A DNA stretch of 64,000 nucleotides. Origin: an uncultured bacterium. GTDB taxonomy: Bacteria > Patescibacteriota > Minisyncoccia > UBA6257 > GWB1-50-10. Made by a program: the position numbers and the translations under genes. The notes under the pieces are model-generated. The model had not been told where the DNA came from. It worked only from the letters and a program-made list of their open reading frames with translations, and ran no database searches. Positions within the stretch are counted from its first letter, which is position 1. The number at the start of each line of letters is the position of its first letter. The stretch lies in NCBI GenBank assembly GCA_963722655.1, contig CAVRNT010000001.1, forward strand, positions 162,612 through 226,611, read 5' to 3'. This document shows, in pieces, positions 27,066-36,818 of the stretch.

Positions 27066-29321
27066 ATGAAGAGAAAAATAATTTCTCTGTCTGTGATCTT
27101 TTGTGGAGCGGCCGTCGCGGTCTTTATATTAGTCGGATATATCCCCGGCGCGAAGGCCGATACTAGTAACTTTTCGGCAAACGCTCCATCGGCTTGCGCC
27201 ATAGGCTTCAACTGGACCGAGACCGGCAATTCCCTGAACTACGACTACTATCAGTACAAGGCCTGGATTGGGAGGGCGTCCCAAGGGAGCTTGATTAATT
27301 GGGCGACCCTCGACAAAAGCAATATCACCCTGAGCGGTACCGGCCGGAGTTTTCTCATCACCAACGCAGCGTACGGCGACAAAGGTCCGAAGCCGAACAC
27401 CAGCTACTACGTAATGCTTCAAGGATGCCTGAACGTCGGCGGCTGCACCCCAATTTCCTCCAAGAGCGAGCCCTATCCGGTAAGGACCTCTGACATCGCC
27501 TCGCCGCCTGCCCCGCCGACCAGCTTGTCAACTTTAGGTTGGCCGGGTGATCTACCGAACATCGCTTGGCAGCCGTCCGCGACGCCGAGCTACAGCGGCT
27601 TCCGGATCTACCGTTCGGATACCGACACGAACGCCTCTTCGTTTACGAACGTCGACACTAAAAGCTCGGACGATTTTTTGAGCCAGAAAAGCCAATGGCA
27701 GGACAATAGTTTGAGCGGCACGTCGATCGCCACCAGCAGCCCGCATTTCTACGAAATCCAGACGTACGAAACCGATCAATATTGCCAACCCGTCGATAAC
27801 ACGACCTCCCAGAGCGCAAATTGGGTTAAATTCAACAGCACGCTTTCGACCATCCTCACGGTGCCGCAGACGCCCAACAAAGTCGGCCCCAATTCCATCA
27901 CCCAAACCAGTGGCCAGTTCAACGTCGTTTTCGGTTGGCAAAACGTACTCAATAACACCGGCTACAATTTTGACATCGCGAGCGACAAGAATTTCACAAA
28001 CATCGTGAATTCCCAATCTTACTCCCAGAACACGAATTCAACCCAATCGTTCACTCTATCCCCTAATCAAATCTTCTATTACCGCATTAAGGCCTTGAAC
28101 TCGAGCGCCGGGAATTCTTCATTCTCCGATTACGCGGCGGGCGTGATTCAGACCGGCCTCGTGGCGCCAGTCAATCCCGTGGCCGCCATCCTTTCCGCCG
28201 ATCCGACGGCGAAAAAGGTGACGGTCAATTTAGCTTGGTCGGACACAGCGCAGTATCAGCGCCAGATCGACATTTACCGCGGCACGGACGGCGCCAATTT
28301 CTCTCTGGTAGCGACCCTAAGCCCCTCAAGCTGCATCGGGGGATCGTGCATCTATCCGACATCGTACGTGGATAACAACAAAGGCGCCAAATTGGACATC
28401 GGCCCGACCTACTATTACAAGGTTTCGTTCGTCTATACTGATCCCATAATAATCGGCAGCGGGAACACAGTTGAGGTACCGAGCAGCGTGTTCAGCATCG
28501 ACTCCAACGTGACACCCCTGACGAATTACGCTTGGTCGGGCCAGGCGGCGAACGGCGGGACGGATCCCGGCATCGGCTGGATCAGCTTCAGCGCTGCGAA
28601 CGAGACGGGAGCCACTGCTCCTTACGGCGTCTTTATGAACACGAGTACCGGTGTGCTTTCCGGCTACGCTTGGACGGAGTGGAATGGCTGGCTCTCATTC
28701 AACCCGGGCGATCTTACAGGGTGTCACAGCGGAAATTGCAACGCGCAAGTGAATTTGTCCACTGGCCAAGTGTCCGGTTGGGCGAAGTTCATAGGCGCGG
28801 ACAGCACGCAAGGTGCCTGGGACGGCTGGGTGAGCTTAAGCGGGAGCAACGGTTTACCGCCCGGTAACGCTAGAGCCGTTTCGTGGGGAGTTACGTACGA
28901 TCCTTCGACGGGGAAATTCTCCGGCGAGGGATGGGGCGGCGACGTTGCCGGTTGGATCTCTTGGTGCGACAGCGCTCCTTTCGCGAGCGGCGCCAACCGA
29001 TACTGCGTCACGACCGGCGCCGGTACGTTGCCGAGTGCGAACGCCCCGACAATTATAAGTACCTCATCGACCGCAAATTCCATCACGGTCACGTGGACGA
29101 ACCCGATTAGTTATAGTCAGATACAGATCGAACAAACTAACGCACCTAATATGAGCGCTCAACAAATACAAGATAAGGGGAATTACATAGTGGTGAGAAC
29201 ATTTAATTCTAGTAATCCTAGTGATGCTGCATATACTAAAGCCATATCATCGATCTCTTATACTATTCCTAACCTCAACGCAAGCAGTACGTACGGCATT
29301 TTCGTTAGGGGAACTCCATAG
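27066..29321 (+). CDS. large secreted surface protein with fibronectin type III-like repeats
   Basis: Signal peptide (SVIFCGAAVAVFILVG). Repeated W/Y-x-W beta-sandwich-like segments. 751 aa. Confidence 0.5.
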   Translation: MKRKIISLSVIFCGAAVAVFILVGYIPGAKADTSNFSANAPSACAIGFNWTETGNSLNYDYYQYKAWIGRASQGSLINWATLDKSNITLSGTGRSFLITNAAYGDKGPKPNTSYYVMLQGCLNVGGCTPISSKSEPYPVRTSDIASPPAPPTSLSTLGWPGDLPNIAWQPSATPSYSGFRIYRSDTDTNASSFTNVDTKSSDDFLSQKSQWQDNSLSGTSIATSSPHFYEIQTYETDQYCQPVDNTTSQSANWVKFNSTLSTILTVPQTPNKVGPNSITQTSGQFNVVFGWQNVLNNTGYNFDIASDKNFTNIVNSQSYSQNTNSTQSFTLSPNQIFYYRIKALNSSAGNSSFSDYAAGVIQTGLVAPVNPVAAILSADPTAKKVTVNLAWSDTAQYQRQIDIYRGTDGANFSLVATLSPSSCIGGSCIYPTSYVDNNKGAKLDIGPTYYYKVSFVYTDPIIIGSGNTVEVPSSVFSIDSNVTPLTNYAWSGQAANGGTDPGIGWISFSAANETGATAPYGVFMNTSTGVLSGYAWTEWNGWLSFNPGDLTGCHSGNCNAQVNLSTGQVSGWAKFIGADSTQGAWDGWVSLSGSNGLPPGNARAVSWGVTYDPSTGKFSGEGWGGDVAGWISWCDSAPFASGANRYCVTTGAGTLPSANAPTIISTSSTANSITVTWTNPISYSQIQIEQTNAPNMSAQQIQDKGNYIVVRTFNSSNPSDAAYTKAISSISYTIPNLNASSTYGIFVRGTP

Positions 29322-29516
29322 AAAGGTTCTGTTTGTATGTTTGGAAAAGGCCCGCAATATTGTGGGCCTTTTTAATTAAAAACCTAGATAAAATCTGCCT
29401 AATTTGACTTTTCCATATATTATGTGGTATAATAACTGTAGTTAAGGATCATCCTTAACCGCTAACTTTAAAACTAAACAATAGCTGAAACTAAAAAAAG
29501 AAAGGAGCGCTTTAGA

Positions 29517-30860
29517 ATGAAGCGTATGTTCTTCTTGGCGTTGGCGCTCCTTTTGAGCGTCGCGCCTTTGGCTTTCGGACAGCATTCCGACAGCGCTACA
29601 AAGACCGATTGGTCTTGGATATGGCCCGATGCGTCAGTAAGACGGGTATATCCCAATATCCACGCAATGGCTATTGACGGCGCAGGGGACATATTTGCAT
29701 CGATGATCGTTGATGACACAACCGATGGTTTATACATTTCACGCGATAACGGTCAGACATTTGCGAAAGTTCCAGCCTCGGCATTTGGCAATAAACTCGG
29801 TTCCAATGGTGCGTATGCAATTTGGACAATTTGTGCCAATACCAACGGAGTGTTTGTCGGAGCCGATCAGTATATTTTTAAGAGTACTGATTACGGGAAT
29901 AACTGGACGAAGGTGTTGTATAACTACAGCGAAGGTTACCACGCCCTAGTTTTTGACAGCAATAATACCGTATTTGCTGGTGGCGGCCGAGGGATCTACC
30001 GTTCAACAGATGGCGGGTTTACATGGATGAATGTTGATTCCAACGATTTATCTTCGGATAGAAAATTCTACTACGTAAACACTATGACCGTTTCGTCCAA
30101 CGGAACGATCTTCGCCGGTACTAGTTCCGGCCTCGGAGCCGGCGCTTACGGAATCCGCAGGTCAACAGACGGCGGGAACACCTGGGAATACGCCAATAAC
30201 GGTATCGGCAGTCACAACGACAGCACGTGGAACACCGACATCATCAGCATGGCGACATGCGGCAAGACGGTCTTCGCGGTCTCCAACCATCTCTATCGTT
30301 CAACTGACGGCGGGGATAGTTGGCAGATAGTCGGCGACTCTCTCTTCTACGGAGTTGAGAGCGGAGCGATCTTCGCCTCAAAAAAAGGCCTGATTGTCCC
30401 AACGCTGTATGCTCTTTGGATCACGACGGATCTCGGCGCTACTTGGCACGAACTCATCAACTTCTCGCTTCCCATTAACGTCTGGTCGGCAGCCCAATGG
30501 GATGCCGATAACAAGGTCCTTATGGGGATGTGGAACGGCCTCGCGGTCCTCACGATAGGGGATTTGACCCCCGTCATCGAGCACCAGCCGGTTGCGTCTA
30601 GTTTCCAGCTCTCCCAGAACTATCCGAACCCGTTCAATCCAACGACGACGATCAGTTACTCTCTGTCTCAGAGGACCTACGTAACCCTCAAGGTCTACAA
30701 CGTTCTCGGTCAGGAAGTAACGACTCTGGTTGACGGATATCAGTCACTCGGATCGCATCAGGTCACCTTTGACGGTTCGAAGCTTTCCTCCGGCACCTAT
30801 TTCTATAGGTTGCAGGCGGGAAGCTTCTCCGAGACGAAGAAGATGGTATTGATGAAGTAA
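29517..30860 (+). CDS. BNR/sortilin-type repeat protein with C-terminal T9SS (Por) sorting domain
   Basis: Signal peptide. Repeated S-x-D-x-G-x-(T/S)-W motifs ([32 protein letters not shown]). C-terminal 80 aa [17 protein letters not shown]...[22 protein letters not shown] matches the TIGR04183-type CTD. It has its own AAAGGAG RBS and lower GC. Confidence 0.7.
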   Translation: MKRMFFLALALLLSVAPLAFGQHSDSATKTDWSWIWPDASVRRVYPNIHAMAIDGAGDIFASMIVDDTTDGLYISRDNGQTFAKVPASAFGNKLGSNGAYAIWTICANTNGVFVGADQYIFKSTDYGNNWTKVLYNYSEGYHALVFDSNNTVFAGGGRGIYRSTDGGFTWMNVDSNDLSSDRKFYYVNTMTVSSNGTIFAGTSSGLGAGAYGIRRSTDGGNTWEYANNGIGSHNDSTWNTDIISMATCGKTVFAVSNHLYRSTDGGDSWQIVGDSLFYGVESGAIFASKKGLIVPTLYALWITTDLGATWHELINFSLPINVWSAAQWDADNKVLMGMWNGLAVLTIGDLTPVIEHQPVASSFQLSQNYPNPFNPTTTISYSLSQRTYVTLKVYNVLGQEVTTLVDGYQSLGSHQVTFDGSKLSSGTYFYRLQAGSFSETKKMVLMK

Positions 30861-30957
30861 TGAGTCATCAATAGAGCCCAATTTCTCGCAAGAGGATTGG
30901 GCTCTTATATTTTCGACCACCCAAATTGGCTATTTGCCAGCTGCCGGAAGCGATATA

Positions 30958-32766
30958 ATGAGGCGTATGGTTATTACCCCGAAAACTAAAAGACGCAAAC
31001 TCACGCGGGGGACATTCGTGAAAGGGGCGAAGACCATCGCGAGATACCTGAAGCCCCACCGGCGGCTTCTCATTGTACTCACGATTGCCGGGGTTCTGGA
31101 TGCGACAATCCAGGCGTTCGTTCCGCTCGTCTCCGGGAAGATATTTGACTCAATTATCGCAATCGCAAGAAACCCAGTAGTGTCGTTAACCACTTTCTTT
31201 TGGCTTATTGCCACCTGGACCGCACTCCAGCTCGGCGACAATATCATAAGCTGGAGAACAACTCTTGCGAACACCGCGCTCTCGGCGCGGCTTGAGGCGG
31301 AATACATCGCAAATGGGTTCGGGAAACTCATCATGATGCCGATAGCGTTCCACGTCTCGAAAAAACACGGCGATATCACCGACCGTATCAGCCGCGCCGC
31401 CAGCTGGATTGATAACCTCGTCAGCAACGTTATCCTTTATCTTTCCCCAATGTTCTTGAGCATTTTCGTCGCGCTCGCAATCGCGTTCACCATCAACATC
31501 GACCTTTCATTGGTTCTCATAGCTGCAATTCTGGTTTACGGCGTTGTCCTTTGGCGGGCGATGCCCCGGCTCGCCGACCTGAATCTCCGCATGAACAAAG
31601 CGTACGGTCGCGCATACGGCAGTTATTACGATGCGATTGACAATGTTCGCGAGATTAAACTTGCGGCGACCGAACATACAGAACAGCGAAACGTATGGCG
31701 GAATTTCGTGGATCGCGCGGCGGCGTTCTGGATAGACTTGAACAAGGTCCAACAGCGGCTATCGATCGGTCAACGAGTCGTCGTGACCGTCACCCAGCTA
31801 TCCATATTCGTCATCTCTGTGTTCTTCGTCCAGCAGGGATCACTTACCCCCGGTGAGCTCGTGGCGTTCAACGGCTATGCTGCAATGATGCTGGGGCCTT
31901 TCGTTACGCTCGGACGCAACTGGCAGACCGTTCAGAATGGGCTTGTTGCCATCGTCCGCGCCGAAAAGGTTCTCGAGACGCCGACAGAAAATTACCAACC
32001 AAGGAACGCCGTGATCCCGAGAAAACTTTCGGGTGAGGTGGTTTTCAATGATGTTTCATTCGGTTATAAAGGGGGGAACGAAATTTTAAAACATGTTTCG
32101 TTCCACGTGCGGCCGGGCGAGAAAATCGCGCTCGTCGGCGAATCCGGCGTCGGCAAAACCACGCTTATCGACCTACTTGTTGGATTTTATTTCCCGCAGA
32201 GCGGGAATATTTACATAGACGGCAACGATATCCGTAATCTCGATCTGGCCGCTTACCGTGCTCATCTTGGCGTCGTGCCACAGGAACCCACGCTCTTCAA
32301 CGACCAGGTTGGTAAAAATATCGCCTACGGCAACAGTGGCGCGAGTGAGCGGGATATCATCACGGCAGCGAAGGAAGCATACGCGGACGATTTCATATCC
32401 AGCTTCCCCAAAAAATATAAGCAGCTCGTCGGTTGGCGCGGCGTAAAACTCTCTATAGGCCAAAAGCAGCGTATTGCTTTGGCCCGCGCCTTCCTCCGCA
32501 AGCCCGACATTCTCATCCTTGATGAACCAACCTCAGCGCTCGATGCCAACTCCGAACATTACATTAAAGCTGCGCTCCGCAAGCTCATGGAAGGACGTAC
32601 TACAATCATAATCGCGCATCGTTTGAGCACCATCCGGGAGATCGATACCATCCTCGTTTTCAAAGACGGTAGGATCGCCGAACGCGGCAGCCACGCCGAG
32701 CTTCTCAAGATCCCGAACGGCATCTATCGGAATTTATATAAATTGCAAATAGGATTTACGAAGTGA
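30958..32766 (+). CDS. ABC transporter, fused permease/ATP-binding protein (MsbA-like exporter)
   Basis: 6-TM N-terminus, Walker A GESGVGKTT, signature LSIGQKQRIALARA, Walker B ILILDEPTSALD. A TATAAT box overlaps or immediately precedes the start. Confidence 0.85.
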   Translation: MRRMVITPKTKRRKLTRGTFVKGAKTIARYLKPHRRLLIVLTIAGVLDATIQAFVPLVSGKIFDSIIAIARNPVVSLTTFFWLIATWTALQLGDNIISWRTTLANTALSARLEAEYIANGFGKLIMMPIAFHVSKKHGDITDRISRAASWIDNLVSNVILYLSPMFLSIFVALAIAFTINIDLSLVLIAAILVYGVVLWRAMPRLADLNLRMNKAYGRAYGSYYDAIDNVREIKLAATEHTEQRNVWRNFVDRAAAFWIDLNKVQQRLSIGQRVVVTVTQLSIFVISVFFVQQGSLTPGELVAFNGYAAMMLGPFVTLGRNWQTVQNGLVAIVRAEKVLETPTENYQPRNAVIPRKLSGEVVFNDVSFGYKGGNEILKHVSFHVRPGEKIALVGESGVGKTTLIDLLVGFYFPQSGNIYIDGNDIRNLDLAAYRAHLGVVPQEPTLFNDQVGKNIAYGNSGASERDIITAAKEAYADDFISSFPKKYKQLVGWRGVKLSIGQKQRIALARAFLRKPDILILDEPTSALDANSEHYIKAALRKLMEGRTTIIIAHRLSTIREIDTILVFKDGRIAERGSHAELLKIPNGIYRNLYKLQIGFTK

Positions 32767-32815
32767 GGAAGTTTGGACAAATCATAAACGCCAAGGTTTT
32801 GCTATAATAGAAGTA

Positions 32816-34210
32816 TTGAAACCGGTATTCGGTCATAAGTCGATTGGCCTCACGGTGGCGCTTTTAGGAACGCTGGTTTTGAGTTTTCCCGCCGGAGCGG
32901 TCTTGGCCCAAACGCCGCCCTTCTACGACTCCCAGATCGTGACGGTGACGACGCTCGCGACGCCGCCGCCGGTCAATCTCGGCGCCGGTACCTACTCATT
33001 GGTATGCGCGCCTTCCCCGAACTCGGCGATATACCTCGGCTGGACGGCCAATGCATCGCCCGCCGTCGCTGGCACGGTTTATGCCTTTACCAACCCGACC
33101 TTTCGCCCGATAGACGGCACCGTGGTCACGACGGCCAACAGTTCCGGGAATTATTTGATGACCGTCACGTCCGGGGCGCCGAAATATTTTGAGATCCTTG
33201 GCAGCGGCTACAGCGCATTAAGCAACGTCGTCGGCCCGTGCAGTCCGCTCTCTCCGGTCTCGAGCGACGCGCCGACGCAGCTCAACGTCTTCACGAACGG
33301 TCCAGCCACCCTCTACCTGAACTGGAAGGACAACTCCACCTCCACCGCGACCTCAACCTTTGAGATCCAGCGCTTCCAAGTGACACCCGTCGCACCGTCG
33401 AATTTGAGCGTGACGCAAGCGGCAGGTTCGATGACGCTCCACTGGACCGACAATAATCCGACGGGAGGACCTCCCTTCTATGCGATCGTCGAGAGGAGTA
33501 ATGATACGAGCGCCGCCATGCGCTTCGACCCAATGAACGACCCGACACTCGTAACCTCCACCGTGAAGCAGGGGAACACATCCTTAACCGACGCCAATGG
33601 TCTGGTCATCGGCACGAACTATTACTACCGGGTGAAGGACGTTTCACAGCTCCCAGTGAGCAATTTCTATCAGATAGTCTCGGGGAGCACCGTCGCGAAG
33701 CCCGGGATCGCTTCGAGCACTTACGGAACACTTTTGCCGGTCACGTACACTCCGCCGGTCGGAATTAACCTCCTGAAGCAATCGCTCGGGAGCGTCATCG
33801 GCTGGCTCTTTGGGGCGCCGGTGGCCGAAGGCCAAACGTCACCGACCGTGAACTACGATAACTATTTCGCGACCATCGCGAGCAATGTCACCACGCCCTT
33901 TTACCCGGACTCCGGTCTTACACCCGGCACGGTCTATATGTACCGCGTCCGGCTCACGAAGGGGAGTTCAAGCACTTGGTCTAACATGGTCGCAGCCGTG
34001 ACGCTGCCGAGTGGCTCTTTGCCGAGTTGCCTTTCGGCTTCCCCGTCGAGTTGCGCCATAACGCCAATTTGTACTGCCTACGGTTACTGCGATCGCAGCG
34101 TCGCCGGCTATCGTTCTCCGGACTTCTCCCAGACGAGCGAATCGCAGTGCTCAGTCAACGCCGACTGCCGTAACGTCGGCCGGGCGAGCACGCAGACGCA
34201 GGAACAATAA
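32816..34210 (+). CDS. hypothetical secreted protein with FN3-like domains and a Cys-rich C-terminus
   Basis: Signal peptide (LTVALLGTLVLSFPAGAVLAQ), TTG start 7 nt after a GCTATAAT box, 12 Cys in the last 60 aa. Confidence 0.5.
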   Translation: MKPVFGHKSIGLTVALLGTLVLSFPAGAVLAQTPPFYDSQIVTVTTLATPPPVNLGAGTYSLVCAPSPNSAIYLGWTANASPAVAGTVYAFTNPTFRPIDGTVVTTANSSGNYLMTVTSGAPKYFEILGSGYSALSNVVGPCSPLSPVSSDAPTQLNVFTNGPATLYLNWKDNSTSTATSTFEIQRFQVTPVAPSNLSVTQAAGSMTLHWTDNNPTGGPPFYAIVERSNDTSAAMRFDPMNDPTLVTSTVKQGNTSLTDANGLVIGTNYYYRVKDVSQLPVSNFYQIVSGSTVAKPGIASSTYGTLLPVTYTPPVGINLLKQSLGSVIGWLFGAPVAEGQTSPTVNYDNYFATIASNVTTPFYPDSGLTPGTVYMYRVRLTKGSSSTWSNMVAAVTLPSGSLPSCLSASPSSCAITPICTAYGYCDRSVAGYRSPDFSQTSESQCSVNADCRNVGRASTQTQEQ

Positions 34211-34259
34211 TCACGTTCTCGCCGCTTCCGTCGCCGGAATGCTAGAATGAACTTACAGA

Positions 34260-35366
34260 ATGTTCAATCCGCTTCAATTCTTCCGGAATTTTTTTCAGGA
34301 TATTGGTAATTTTGTGAGTGCCCGGTCGGTCCTCGGCGTCGACATCGGCACCTCCTCTATCAAGATGGTGGAGCTCGCCCGAAAGGGCGACACCCTAACG
34401 CTTCTGAACTACGGTATCTTAGGGTCGAATGACTACCTGAACCATCCGAATCGGGCCATCCAGACGAGTTCCCTGAAGTTATCCGAAAAGGACGCGGCGG
34501 TGATGCTCAAAACGCTCATCGGCGAGACGCAACCGAAGAGTCGCCTCGCCGTCGCGACCATCCCGGCCTTCGCTTCGTTCCAAACCTTGATCGACATGCC
34601 ACTCCTTTCGCCCGCCGAGACCGCGAAGGCTGTGGAATTCCAGGCGCCCCAATACATTCCCTTGCCCTTGAGCGACGTCGCGGTCGACTGGCTCAAGGTG
34701 GACGAGTTCCAGACGGAGAACCGCGAGGCCTATCAGCGGATATTTTTGATCGGCCTCCCGAAGGACGTCCTTGAACGCTACAAAAGAACCTTCCGCGACG
34801 CGGGCTTGAAGCTCACAGCTCTCGAACTGGACGGCATCGCTATTTCGCGCGCCCTTCTCGCCAAAGAAACCGAACCGACACTTCTCATCGACCTTGGGGC
34901 GGTCGCTTCGGAGATTTTCGTCGTCCGGGAGGGCCGCTTGCTTTACGCGAGCCAGACGGATTATGGCGGTATTTACCTCACGCAGGCAATTGCGCGGAGC
35001 CTGGGACTAACGAACTCCCGGGCGGAAGAACTCAAGCGCCGCAAGGGTCTCACGGGCGGCGGCGCCGAGGCCGAGTTATCAACATTAACACTGCCTTTTT
35101 TGGATGTTATAATACAGGAGGTGAGCCACACGCGTGACGTCGTCGAGCGCCGGTACGGCCGCCCCATCAAACGAGCAATGCTCACGGGCGCGGGGGCGAA
35201 TCTCCTCGGGGTGGAGAAGTATTTCGGAAGCCAGCTAGACCTGCCTGTCGCGAAACCCAACCCCTTCCTCAACGTCAGCTACCCGGTGACCTTGGAACCA
35301 CTACTCCTGGAGCTCCAGAACGAACTGCCGGTCGCGATGGGGGCCGCGGAAAGATATTTTAGTTAG
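34260..35366 (+). CDS. pilM: type IV pilus assembly protein PilM (actin-like ATPase fold)
   Basis: N-terminal VLGVDIGTSSIKMVEL and the overall PilM pattern, 368 aa. Confidence 0.85.
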   Translation: MFNPLQFFRNFFQDIGNFVSARSVLGVDIGTSSIKMVELARKGDTLTLLNYGILGSNDYLNHPNRAIQTSSLKLSEKDAAVMLKTLIGETQPKSRLAVATIPAFASFQTLIDMPLLSPAETAKAVEFQAPQYIPLPLSDVAVDWLKVDEFQTENREAYQRIFLIGLPKDVLERYKRTFRDAGLKLTALELDGIAISRALLAKETEPTLLIDLGAVASEIFVVREGRLLYASQTDYGGIYLTQAIARSLGLTNSRAEELKRRKGLTGGGAEAELSTLTLPFLDVIIQEVSHTRDVVERRYGRPIKRAMLTGAGANLLGVEKYFGSQLDLPVAKPNPFLNVSYPVTLEPLLLELQNELPVAMGAAERYFS

Positions 35367-35927
35367 ATGCCGGAACAATCCAATCAGCCAGTTTTCAGGG
35401 AACAGTTTGTGACCGAGCCGGTCGCGGTGGGTTTCCCGTGGCGGCTTTTCGTCTTCTCGCTCGTCCTCTTTCTTCTCTCCCTCCTCATCTATTTCGGCTT
35501 GAAGTTCGGCTACGAAAATTATCTCCAGAATCAGGCGACGAGCGTGGATGGCCAGTTGAACCAGCTTTCAAACGCGGTGAGCCAGCAGGATCAGCAGCAG
35601 TTCGTGGGTTTCTATTCCCAGCTCGTGAATTTGAAGACAATCTTCGCTTCGCACGTCTTCTCCGCCAACAGCCTTCCGTTCCTCGAGAGGGACACCTTGC
35701 CGCAGGTCTACTACACCGACGCAAAATTCTCGGCGGGCGGTGACGCCCTTACCTTGACCGGCCAAGCCTCGTCGCTCCAGGTCCTCGCCGAGCAGATGGC
35801 GGAGTTCGAGCAGGCACCGGAGCTCCAGTCGGCGACGCTCTCGAGCACCGCCTTCAACCCGGGCGGCGCCGTGAGTTTCTCGGTCGATCTCGTTTTCAAA
35901 CCAACCTACCTCACCCAACCCCAATAA
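35367..35927 (+). CDS. pilN: type IV pilus assembly protein PilN-like
   Basis: Single TM near the N-terminus, then a coiled region. Position between pilM and pilO. Confidence 0.6.
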   Translation: MPEQSNQPVFREQFVTEPVAVGFPWRLFVFSLVLFLLSLLIYFGLKFGYENYLQNQATSVDGQLNQLSNAVSQQDQQQFVGFYSQLVNLKTIFASHVFSANSLPFLERDTLPQVYYTDAKFSAGGDALTLTGQASSLQVLAEQMAEFEQAPELQSATLSSTAFNPGGAVSFSVDLVFKPTYLTQPQ

Positions 35928-35928
35928 A

Positions 35929-36516
35929 ATGAAGGCTTCGTCCAAAAGAATATTGAGCATCTTGTTCTCGGCGGTCTTCCTCCTCGGGACGCTCATCGTG
36001 TACGGCAATCTGATCCAGCCCGAGATTACCGCCGCGAGCGCACTGCAATCCCTCGTCGCTTCGAAGACCAACCTCTTGAACAGCCAAAAGACCGCCGTCG
36101 CCCAGGTCTCGCAGCTCATCGGCCAGTTCCAAAACGCCGCGGCCCTCCAGCGGACGGTCTCACTCGCCATCCCAATCGGCCCGAACACGACGCAGATCCT
36201 GAACCAGTGGCAGGCCATGGCCCAGGCCGCCGGCGTCAGCCTCCAGTCGCTGAACGTCCAACCGGCGCCGCCCGCGGGGCCGGTCGCCGCGACGAGCACC
36301 CTCGTCAAGAATCCTGGCAGCGTCGCGATCACGGTCACCGCCGTCGGACCCTACACCTCGCTCAAGCAGTTCCTGCAATCCTTGGAGACGAACGTCCGGG
36401 TGACGAACGTGAACTCCTTTGAATTGAACGCCCTCCAAGGCAGCGGTCAGGGCGGGCCGGGGAACGGGGTTTACGCCCTCCAAGCGAGCGTCGCCGCTTT
36501 CTATCAAATCAACTAA
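35929..36516 (+). CDS. pilO: type IV pilus assembly protein PilO-like
   Basis: N-terminal TM (ILSILFSAVFLLGTLIV), a Q/A-rich coiled coil, synteny. Confidence 0.55.
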   Translation: MKASSKRILSILFSAVFLLGTLIVYGNLIQPEITAASALQSLVASKTNLLNSQKTAVAQVSQLIGQFQNAAALQRTVSLAIPIGPNTTQILNQWQAMAQAAGVSLQSLNVQPAPPAGPVAATSTLVKNPGSVAITVTAVGPYTSLKQFLQSLETNVRVTNVNSFELNALQGSGQGGPGNGVYALQASVAAFYQIN

Positions 36517-36517
36517 C

Positions 36518-36811
36518 ATGGCCATCGTAATGGAACAAGAGAAAAAGAAGGTGAACTGGTTCAATCTGATCCTCGTTGCGCTCTTCATCATCGTCCTCTT
36601 CCTCGTCACCTATTTCATCTTCTTCAAAAAACCGGAACTGATCGACGTCGTCGCGCCCGGTTCCCTCCAAAGCATCAGCCAGATCTCGCAGATCCAGCTC
36701 GATCCGACGCCGGTCGTCCAGACCTTGAACAAGTACTTCACGGGCAACTACGGCGGGACGCTCACTATCCCGACGCCGGGCAGAACGAACCCGTTCGCGC
36801 CGTACCAGTAA
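36518..36811 (+). CDS. small single-TM protein in the pilus operon (PilP-like role possible)
   Basis: 97 aa with TM LILVALFIIVLFLVTYFIFF. Start codons overlap those of pilO and pilB. Confidence 0.35.
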   Translation: MAIVMEQEKKKVNWFNLILVALFIIVLFLVTYFIFFKKPELIDVVAPGSLQSISQISQIQLDPTPVVQTLNKYFTGNYGGTLTIPTPGRTNPFAPYQ

Positions 36812-36818
36812 AATCCGC

